Of a stretch of DNA of 32,000 nt, positions 16,453 to 24,026 are shown in pieces. Positions within the stretch are counted from its first letter, which is position 1, and the number at the start of each line of letters is the position of its first letter. This stretch comes from Candidatus Saccharimonadota bacterium (GTDB taxonomy: Archaea > Nanohalarchaeota > Nanosalinia > Nanosalinales > Nanosalinaceae). The notes under the pieces were generated by a model, which was given only the letters and a program-made list of their open reading frames with translations, had not been told where the DNA came from and searched no databases. Both the position numbers and the translations under genes were made by a program. The stretch is taken from assembly GCA_001761425.1 (NCBI GenBank), contig CP012986.1, positions 600,001-632,000 on the forward strand. The letters are read 5' to 3'.

Positions 16453-16581
16453 TATAAAAAGGCCTGTAAGGATTTTTTACGCAGAGGTTTATCTTCGTTA
16501 AAAAATAGGTCGCAGGGACAGAGGGGAAAGAGGCTTTGAAGCATTGAGTACGTTCCTTTTCTTTCGAACAGTTTCCCTGTG

Positions 16582-16590
16582 ATTTAAATT
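16582..16590 (+). promoter_or_regulatory. TATA-like box for the beta-propeller gene
   Basis: atttaaatt lies about 27 nt upstream of the ATG at 16613. Confidence 0.45.
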
Positions 16591-16612
16591 AGGTATTTCG
16601 AATAGTTTCTTT

Positions 16613-18517
16613 ATGAAAAATTACTTCGCTATCTCAGCTTTTACAGCTTTGCTTGTCGCCACAGCTTTACTCGGTATCTCAAACCTTGTAACGTCGCCAG
16701 GCCCTGAGCCAGCTGGTGAAACCAGCGTTCAAAAATTCGAGTCAGAGCAGGCCTTCAGGCAGTTTGTCTCTGGATCTTCAGGTGTTAGAGAGTCTTTCCA
16801 GGGAAGGACCAGAGATTTCAGTACGAATTTTGAGAGTTCTCTTGACGGATCTTCAGGAAGCTCAGGTTCTGATGTAGAGAGAAGCTCGGATACCAACATA
16901 CAGGTCTCAGGTGTTAATGAGCCGGATATACTGAAGAACGGCGGTGAAAAAATATTTTACTCCTCAGAACACACAGACTACAGTTACTACCGGACAGGAA
17001 GCCAGAGAAATACATCGGTGTTCAATACTTTACCAGCCGAGAACTTTTCGGAAACCGATGAACTACCAGATAACGGAGACATGTTCCTCACAGAGAACTC
17101 AGTCATCTTTATCGGAGACTCAATGGCCTCATACGACAGGGAGAACTACGATAAAAACTGGGATCTAGGCCTCAACGCCTCAGTCGAATCAGCGAGAAGG
17201 ATAAACGACAGCATCTACCTCGTGACACGTGAAAGACCATCCGAGTCAGATCCGTGTCCTGTAAGGCCTCTTGACTCAGTAAGCATGCCATGTACAGATT
17301 TCTACAGGCCTACAGGAGCTGAGGGCGGTGATACTGCCTATACAGTTTCAAAGATAGACGTGGAAAGCGGGGACGTCGAGAAGACCACAGGTTTTGTCGG
17401 TTCAGGCGACAATACTGTTGTCTATGTTTCACATGATTCGATCTACCTGACATATCTTGAGAGAAAGTCGGAGATGGAGGTCTGGCTGAACTTCCTCGAA
17501 CAGAGAGGAGACGAATTCTTCGACCAGGAAACTATGGAGAGAATAGAGGAGATCCAGAGCTATGATATAAGCGATAGAGCGCTCGAGACAGAGGTCCAAA
17601 AGGCAGTAAGAAACTATATGGAAGGCCTCTCCGGAGATGAGAGGACGGAGATGCGTGAAAACTTCCAATATGCCTGGGGCAACTACACGGATGAGAGAAA
17701 GCGGCAGCTCTCGACCACAGGCATAGCAGAGTTCAACACAGACCTTGAACTTGAAAATGAGGGACAGGTCCCCGGAGAGGTCAACGACCAGTTCTCCATC
17801 AGCGAGAAAGACGGCGACCTGAGGATTGCTACGACAGTCGGAAACTCATGGGAGTTTGAAGCGGAGTCAGCGAACGATCTCTACGTCCTCGACGGACAGC
17901 TGGATAGAAAGGGCGAGATCCAGGGATTGGGCCTTACAGAGGAGATCTACTCTGTCAGGTACGTCAATGACAAGGCCTATGTCGTAACGTTCAGAAGGAT
18001 CGATCCTTTCCACACAATCGATCTCTCAGATCCTTCGAATCCGGAGCTTGAGGGAGAGCTGAAGCTTCCAGGTTACTCGTCTTACCTACATCCGCTTTCA
18101 GATGAGAGAATCCTGGGCATCGGAGAGGAAGATGGAACTGTAAAGGCCGTGATCTTCGATGTCTCAACTGAGGAACCTGAGATAGAATCCTCAAAAGTTC
18201 TGGACGACTGGTACTCCGAAATCGCGGATTCACATCATGCGTTCACGATCGATAGGAAGCACGAAGTATTCTTCCTGCCTGGAAGCGAAGGAGGTCACGT
18301 CTTCGACTACAGTGAAGGCCTTGAACAGGTCAAAGAAGTCAACATGACTGACGTGAAACGTGCAGCCTATGTCAACGATAACCTATACGTCTTCAGTGAC
18401 ACGAACGCAACAGTTATCGACCAGAACAGCTGGGAGACAGTCAAAGAGATCCGGTTCCACGAACCAAGCTACAGGCCTATAGAACCGCCAGTGATAGACC
18501 CTCCGGTAGTCCGGTAA
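16613..18517 (+). CDS. Secreted beta-propeller domain protein (Beta_propel/PF09826-like)
   Basis: N-terminal signal anchor, then SDTNIQVSGVNEPDILKNGGEKIFY, which matches the family's characteristic TNxQxxGVDExDxxKxDG motif. The length also fits the family. Confidence 0.75.
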   Translation: MKNYFAISAFTALLVATALLGISNLVTSPGPEPAGETSVQKFESEQAFRQFVSGSSGVRESFQGRTRDFSTNFESSLDGSSGSSGSDVERSSDTNIQVSGVNEPDILKNGGEKIFYSSEHTDYSYYRTGSQRNTSVFNTLPAENFSETDELPDNGDMFLTENSVIFIGDSMASYDRENYDKNWDLGLNASVESARRINDSIYLVTRERPSESDPCPVRPLDSVSMPCTDFYRPTGAEGGDTAYTVSKIDVESGDVEKTTGFVGSGDNTVVYVSHDSIYLTYLERKSEMEVWLNFLEQRGDEFFDQETMERIEEIQSYDISDRALETEVQKAVRNYMEGLSGDERTEMRENFQYAWGNYTDERKRQLSTTGIAEFNTDLELENEGQVPGEVNDQFSISEKDGDLRIATTVGNSWEFEAESANDLYVLDGQLDRKGEIQGLGLTEEIYSVRYVNDKAYVVTFRRIDPFHTIDLSDPSNPELEGELKLPGYSSYLHPLSDERILGIGEEDGTVKAVIFDVSTEEPEIESSKVLDDWYSEIADSHHAFTIDRKHEVFFLPGSEGGHVFDYSEGLEQVKEVNMTDVKRAAYVNDNLYVFSDTNATVIDQNSWETVKEIRFHEPSYRPIEPPVIDPPVVR

Positions 18518-18528
18518 GGCCCCAACAC

Positions 18529-18552
18529 CTTTTTCCTCCTTTTTGTTTTTCT
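18529..18552 (+). terminator. Oligo-T tracts downstream of the beta-propeller gene
   Basis: ctttttcctcctttttgtttttct begins 12 nt after the stop. Archaeal termination typically uses T-runs. Confidence 0.4.
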
Positions 18553-18604
18553 CCAGTTACAAATTTCTGCAGTTATTTATTTGTTACTTCTAAGTAATAT
18601 TAGT

Positions 18605-20047
18605 ATGTCTGCTGTGGAAGGTATCGGTACTGGCTGGCAGCTGGAGTTCGAGGATATCGATGGCTGGCAGAGCGAAAGTAAGGAACCGTACGCTAGTTTC
18701 CGGGATGAGCCGATGTCTTTCATGAGCTATGGTCAGCTATCCGATGAGAGAAAGCCTTTCTACCAGAGCAGAAGAAACGTTCTAGCAGGGACTTCAGGCC
18801 TTCAGGACCGTTTCTCTCATGAAGGCCCTCCAATGTCCAACTGGTCAAATCATTACCATACACCAGAGTCATGGCAGAATGTCAGAAACCTTCACGGCCT
18901 TGAAGAAGGCGATAATTATGTTATCAACATGTCGAACAAGGCCCGGAAATGTGCGAAGCCAGAGTTCAAGGATTACCTGAAACAGAGCGACGACGATGTA
19001 GTCATCAATCCGATCGATATGATCAACCTGTTCAAGGACAAGTACCAGACATCAAAGCATTTCGAGGACAAAGGCCTTCCCGGGATACCAAGTATCAAAG
19101 GCGATGAGTTCCTGGAAGGAGGTAAAGAACACGTAGAAAAACAGATCGGTGACGGAGGAAAACACGGTTTTATCGCAAAGCCCTACAACGGCTCGTTCGG
19201 TGACGGAGTTCAACCTCTTGACAGCATGACCGAGGTCTACAACTTCCTGGACGGCGGTATCGAAAGAGAGGACGAAGAAGAGCTTATAGACCCTGATGAA
19301 TACATTGTTCAGCCACGTATACCTCATGAAAGCGATCTAAGAGTCATAACAGTTGGAGAAGATGTCGTAAACGCGGAGAGAAGAAACAATACTGATGATG
19401 ACATTAGAACCAACCTTTCACAGATGGACGGGATCATAAACGGAACAGATTACAGAGTCTACGGAAAAGCCCTGAAGGCCTTCAGAGGCCCTAATCCACG
19501 TGTGGAGCATATAGATGTTAACTACAAAGAAACACGGATGGAGATGGGAAGGTTCAACGATCTGGCGGATGAAAATTCCTCTCTCCTGGGTAGACAGGCC
19601 AGAAACCTGGCGAATGATATCATAGGTTCCTTCGGGCCTGAAGAGTTCAACTACAACCAGAATCTGGACAGGAAGCCGTTCAAGATCGGTATGGACTTCA
19701 TAGAGACAAGTATTGAAGACATCCAGCACCTGCCGGACCGCTACGTTGAGAGGGCCAGTCAGTACGAGGAAGAGGATGGCACAGTATACCTTTCACCAGA
19801 GCTTAACGGCAGCCCCGGATCAATGGCAGATCTTGTCGCACGCTTCTCCAACCACCATGAACAGGTCTCGGCACTTCACGTGAACAAACTGATGAGAGAT
19901 CTAGCTGATCAAGAAACAAAACCGATCAGCCACCACGTTCAGAACCCCAGAAGCGATGTATGGAAAAACATCAAGGACTGGTACCCAGACCTCGGAGACG
20001 ACTACCTCCAGAGAGGTTACTACAACCTCAAACCTAAGAACAAGTAA
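18605..20047 (+). CDS. ATP-grasp (RimK-like) ligase with long N-terminal extension
   Basis: GFIAKPYNGSFGDGV, YIVQPRIPHESDLRVITVGEDVVNAERR and the Mg-site FKIGMDFIE...VYLSPELNGSPGS follow the ATP-grasp pattern. I prefer the ATG at 18605 over the TTG at 18581. Confidence 0.8.
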   Translation: MSAVEGIGTGWQLEFEDIDGWQSESKEPYASFRDEPMSFMSYGQLSDERKPFYQSRRNVLAGTSGLQDRFSHEGPPMSNWSNHYHTPESWQNVRNLHGLEEGDNYVINMSNKARKCAKPEFKDYLKQSDDDVVINPIDMINLFKDKYQTSKHFEDKGLPGIPSIKGDEFLEGGKEHVEKQIGDGGKHGFIAKPYNGSFGDGVQPLDSMTEVYNFLDGGIEREDEEELIDPDEYIVQPRIPHESDLRVITVGEDVVNAERRNNTDDDIRTNLSQMDGIINGTDYRVYGKALKAFRGPNPRVEHIDVNYKETRMEMGRFNDLADENSSLLGRQARNLANDIIGSFGPEEFNYNQNLDRKPFKIGMDFIETSIEDIQHLPDRYVERASQYEEEDGTVYLSPELNGSPGSMADLVARFSNHHEQVSALHVNKLMRDLADQETKPISHHVQNPRSDVWKNIKDWYPDLGDDYLQRGYYNLKPKNK

Positions 20048-20078
20048 CTCAAAAAACTTTCATCCAACAACACCTTTC

Positions 20079-20711
20079 ATGACAGAAGACGAAGGCCTCG
20101 AAAAGAGATACGTACTGGACACATCCGCATTCCTCACCAACTACATCAGAGACGAAGAAACCATGGAATCCGCGGTCAGAGGCCTTCTCAACACTTTAGA
20201 GGAAGCGACAAGAGAAGAGGAAATCAACTTCTACATGCCTCCTTCCACTTTCTCAGAGTTAAGAGATATCCTGCGGTCCAACGATGCAGAGGACGAAACC
20301 GTGGAAATGCTGGAAGCCTGGGTCACGAGAAAAAGTCCCTCACGCTACGAGATTTCAGTCCCAGGGGAAGTCGTAGCAGAGTTCATCGAAGATATGAGAG
20401 ATCGTGTCAATAAAGGCCTCAGAGACGCAGAGAAAGCCATCAGAGAAGTTGGGGAAACCGAGGAGCCTGATAAAAAACATTACTCAAGTGAAGATGTCGT
20501 TGTCTCCGACCTGAGGGATAAATACAAAGAAACTATGAGGAAAGGAATCCTTGATTCCCGTGAAGACCTGGACATGCTTCTCCTTTCACGTGAAATCGAT
20601 GCAACCGTTGTAACAGAAGATAAAGGAGTCATCAACTGGGCCGAGGACTTCGGAGTCAGCTACATAAAAGGCCGTAACTTCCCAGATGTCCTGGAAAAGT
20701 ACATGGACTGA
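20079..20711 (+). CDS. PIN-domain protein, resembling the 'RNA ligase partner' (MJ_0950/UPF0278) family
   Basis: RYVLDTSAF (PIN aspartate), FYMPPS, and a C-terminal VVTEDKGVINWAE. The start was moved to the ATG at 20079, because the track ORF start at 19956 overlaps the previous gene and its N-terminus is low complexity. Confidence 0.7.
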   Translation: MTEDEGLEKRYVLDTSAFLTNYIRDEETMESAVRGLLNTLEEATREEEINFYMPPSTFSELRDILRSNDAEDETVEMLEAWVTRKSPSRYEISVPGEVVAEFIEDMRDRVNKGLRDAEKAIREVGETEEPDKKHYSSEDVVVSDLRDKYKETMRKGILDSREDLDMLLLSREIDATVVTEDKGVINWAEDFGVSYIKGRNFPDVLEKYMD

Positions 20712-20765
20712 AACCAGGCGTATCCAAAAACCCGTTAAAAACCTGGAAAAAGATTCTCACATGAT

Positions 20766-21392
20766 ATGAAAGTACTGTTCATCGTATCCGAGAAAGGCTT
20801 CTGGGCGGAAGAATGTTTCACACCCCTGAATAAAATCTCAAAAAAACATGAGGTCACGGTAGCAACCCCAACAGGAGAAAAACCAAGGCCTGACGAAAAA
20901 TCCCTTGAGGAAGGCGACCAGGAACTTATGGAAGAAAATAATGAACTAAACTCGCCAATTTCCGCATCAAAGGCCTACAGAAAAAGGCAGGAATACGATG
21001 CCGTCGTCCTGCCTGGAGGCCACGGCACCCTCTGGGATATCAACCAGGACGTACACGTACAGCAAATCCTGAAGGAGAAAACGGAAAAAGGCCCTGCACT
21101 TGTTATATGCCACGCAGTCGGAATCCTCGGTTTCACACCCGAGCTTACAGAGGGCAGGGAAGTCACTGGCTTCCCGAACCAATGGGAGGATGGACAGGTC
21201 GATGAAAACGAGGTCAGGAACGGAGAAAAACTTCCTTACAGAGTCGAAGACCTGGTGAAAGAAGCAGGCGCAGAATGGGACGCAGAACTAGATAAAGACA
21301 CCTCTGTAACTGTCGACGGCAACCTCATTACCGCAAGAGGCCCTGACTCCAGCGAGAAAGGTGCGGAAAAGTTCCTGGAAAAGGCCTCATAA
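20766..21392 (+). CDS. DJ-1/PfpI family protein (class I glutamine amidotransferase-like fold)
   Basis: AVVLPGGHG...GPALVICHAVGILG contains the nucleophile-elbow cysteine motif typical of DJ-1/PfpI. Confidence 0.85.
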   Translation: MKVLFIVSEKGFWAEECFTPLNKISKKHEVTVATPTGEKPRPDEKSLEEGDQELMEENNELNSPISASKAYRKRQEYDAVVLPGGHGTLWDINQDVHVQQILKEKTEKGPALVICHAVGILGFTPELTEGREVTGFPNQWEDGQVDENEVRNGEKLPYRVEDLVKEAGAEWDAELDKDTSVTVDGNLITARGPDSSEKGAEKFLEKAS

Positions 21393-21398
21393 CTCTCC

Positions 21399-21407
21399 GT
21401 TTTTTTA
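21399..21407 (+). terminator. Oligo-T tract
   Basis: gttttttta lies 7 nt after the stop of the DJ-1 gene. Confidence 0.4.
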
Positions 21408-21455
21408 ACAAAAAAGAGCGTAACCCGGTTAAAGGATTAGGCCTCAAATAATCCT

Positions 21456-24026
21456 GTGAAGACTCAAAAAGCAAAGAATCTTGACCAGGTCTACGAAGAA
21501 GTCAGAGAATATGACCTGGTTATCACCGCAGAGGCCTCGACAGCTGACTCACTGAAGCGGAGACTTGAAGAAACCAAACTCGGCAGATTCGCAGTCACAC
21601 CTCAGAGACTGGCATACGGCGACGAACTCGCAGAAGAAGATTTCAAGCGAGACATATTTCTCAAACTCGTCAAAGAAGAAGGCCTTCGCTGGAAACAGGC
21701 ATCTTACCTTCTCAGGAACGCTATAAGCTGCTGGAAAGAATGCGGAGACCTAGAAAAAGTGAAAGAACACGGCTTCACAGGCGAGGCAATGGAGAAAGTC
21801 ATAAAGATCCTGCAAAATACTGACAACCCGCTCAAAGCCCTGGAAAATTACAGAGTCCCGGAGGATAAAAATGTGGCGGTCCTGGCACCTTACCAGTTAA
21901 ACGAACTGGATAAAAAAATCCTGCCGGACGATTACGAGGAGATAGGCCTCTTCCTTGACGATGAACAGGATTTACCGGAGTTCAAGGTCTTTAATTCATC
22001 GAACGAGCTGATACAGGCCCTGAAAGAAAGTATAGAAAAAGTGGGGCCTCAGAACGCCGGTGTCGTCGTCGATCCTTCTTCCGGTTACCAGGCCTTGCTT
22101 GAGTCTGCTCTGGAGTCCTCTGATATTCCCTATCTGAAGCAGCAGGATCTTTCTGAGGACGAGGATCTGAGGACTTTTCTCTCCCTGATGCGTACAGGCC
22201 TCTCTTCGAAGCGTGTGCGTGTGAAAGATATAAGACCTGTTTTACAGGAGTTGAACGTGCCTGTCTCCTCCGTTGAGAGCGAGAAGTTTATCGAGGATCT
22301 TGAGGAGGGAAGGCTTCAGGAGTTCAGAGATGTTTTCTCAATGATGCAGCATCTGCCGTTCGAAGAAGTGGTGAGAAAGTACGAAGAGTTCACAGGGAGA
22401 CATCTCGGACCGGTGAAATCTATACTGAGTGAGCTTGACGTCGAAGATGAAATGGTCTCAGAGGCACGTATAAACCAAATAGAGTATTACCTAGACAGTT
22501 TCGCACCAAGCGAAGACATAGAGGAGGACGGGGTTCTGTTCGCCGATCCGAAAAAGGTCTCACGTGTTGACAGACCGGCAGTCTTTTTCGTTGGCATGGA
22601 TACAGAATGGAGACAGGAGCCTGAGAACCTGGCATGGATAGATCAGGAGAAAAGGGAAAAAGAGAATTTGAAAGACTTCAGATCGCTGCTTCAGAGCGGG
22701 AAACCGGTTTTCATGGTCCAGGACAGGGAGATGAACGAGGACATCAAGCCCTGCTTCTATCTCAACGAGCTGATCGATGAAGATTTCCAGAACTTCCGCC
22801 AGCTACCGCACAGACGTGTAAGGCCTGAAGAGACAGAGACAGAGACAGGCTTCGAACGCCAAGGCCTGGAAATCGAACAGGAAGAAGTGGAGGTCCTGAG
22901 CCAGTCCTCTCTCAATGATTTTGCGATGTCCCCACGCTACTACTACATCTCCAAACTTGTCTCCGACGTCGATGAAGAAGCCCTGGAAAAAGGAAACCTG
23001 TTCCATGACTACGCAGAGTTCTACGTCAACTATCCAGGCTTTATGGACGATAAAGGAGATGAAGAAGTCATCAGTTTCATGATGAACAGGATAAGGCCTT
23101 TTGCCGATGACCTGGATCTTGAGAAGCTGGAGACAGAGTTCAAGGTAGGCCTGAAAAATATCAGAGAGTTCATCAAGAACAGAGATATCTCGAGAGAGGA
23201 GATAGACGGCTACGAGAAAAAAGACAGGGATGAAAACGTGTTCTCAGAGGAGTACGGAAAACCGGTCCGGTCAAAGATAACAGAACTCTGGTTCAAGGAC
23301 AAGGATCTGGGAGGTAAGGGAAAAATCGATTTCCTCCAGGACCAGCAGAACCTTATCGATTACAAGTCAGGGAGAAGAAAATCTGAGAAAAAAGTCGTCA
23401 AGAAATCAAAAGTCGCTTTACACGGCGACGAGCAGTATCCTAACTTCCAGGCACCGATGTACCTAGCCTACCACCGCAAAAAGAACCCCGGAGAAAAAAT
23501 TAACTTCACATTCTTCCATTTCCTCGACAACCTCGGCGATGAGGTAACAGGTAAGGCCTCAAACGGCGATAACGTTGTAACAGTTACATACTACCCGGAA
23601 AAATTCAGCAAAGCGGTCGCATCCAACCAGGCCTTCGAACTACTGATAAAAGACGTTGCGAAGAGCAACGACCGGAGGAAAACCCTGGAAAAACTTGGCT
23701 GTCACCAGTTCAAAAAGTTCATGGAGGAAAACGAGTTCCCGAAGACGCATGACAAGAAAGAGGTTCTGGCCTCCAAGTTCGCCGAGGATTTCAAGGCCTA
23801 TGCGAAGAAAGAGGTAGGAGACTACAAATACGTGAAAAACGGGGTTAAATCCGCGTTAAAAAAACTCGTTGAGTTCCACACCGAGAACTATTTCAGGGAT
23901 GATATTGATCTCTTCGAGGAGTTTCTTGAGGAGAAGCTGGAGGAGTTGAACGATTACAGAGGAACCAGGTTCCCACTGGATGCAAAAGCAGATAACATAC
24001 CTGAAAGAGACCTGATAGTCAAATGA
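21456..24026 (+). CDS. AddB-like protein: degenerate helicase-like N-terminus plus C-terminal PD-(D/E)xK nuclease
   Basis: 856 aa. I found no Walker A. The C-terminal nuclease motifs are ELWF...GKIDFL...LIDYKSG...FQAPMYLAY (E, D, DxK, QxxxY). GTG start. It is ATGA-coupled to the helicase gene that follows. Confidence 0.7.
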   Translation: MKTQKAKNLDQVYEEVREYDLVITAEASTADSLKRRLEETKLGRFAVTPQRLAYGDELAEEDFKRDIFLKLVKEEGLRWKQASYLLRNAISCWKECGDLEKVKEHGFTGEAMEKVIKILQNTDNPLKALENYRVPEDKNVAVLAPYQLNELDKKILPDDYEEIGLFLDDEQDLPEFKVFNSSNELIQALKESIEKVGPQNAGVVVDPSSGYQALLESALESSDIPYLKQQDLSEDEDLRTFLSLMRTGLSSKRVRVKDIRPVLQELNVPVSSVESEKFIEDLEEGRLQEFRDVFSMMQHLPFEEVVRKYEEFTGRHLGPVKSILSELDVEDEMVSEARINQIEYYLDSFAPSEDIEEDGVLFADPKKVSRVDRPAVFFVGMDTEWRQEPENLAWIDQEKREKENLKDFRSLLQSGKPVFMVQDREMNEDIKPCFYLNELIDEDFQNFRQLPHRRVRPEETETETGFERQGLEIEQEEVEVLSQSSLNDFAMSPRYYYISKLVSDVDEEALEKGNLFHDYAEFYVNYPGFMDDKGDEEVISFMMNRIRPFADDLDLEKLETEFKVGLKNIREFIKNRDISREEIDGYEKKDRDENVFSEEYGKPVRSKITELWFKDKDLGGKGKIDFLQDQQNLIDYKSGRRKSEKKVVKKSKVALHGDEQYPNFQAPMYLAYHRKKNPGEKINFTFFHFLDNLGDEVTGKASNGDNVVTVTYYPEKFSKAVASNQAFELLIKDVAKSNDRRKTLEKLGCHQFKKFMEENEFPKTHDKKEVLASKFAEDFKAYAKKEVGDYKYVKNGVKSALKKLVEFHTENYFRDDIDLFEEFLEEKLEELNDYRGTRFPLDAKADNIPERDLIVK

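Noticed and set aside
19956-20078. Upstream 41-codon extension of the PIN gene, overlapping the ATP-grasp gene end
   Set aside because: The extension is low-complexity and Thr/Ser-rich, and it overlaps the preceding CDS by 92 nt. The PIN domain begins right after the internal ATG at 20079.
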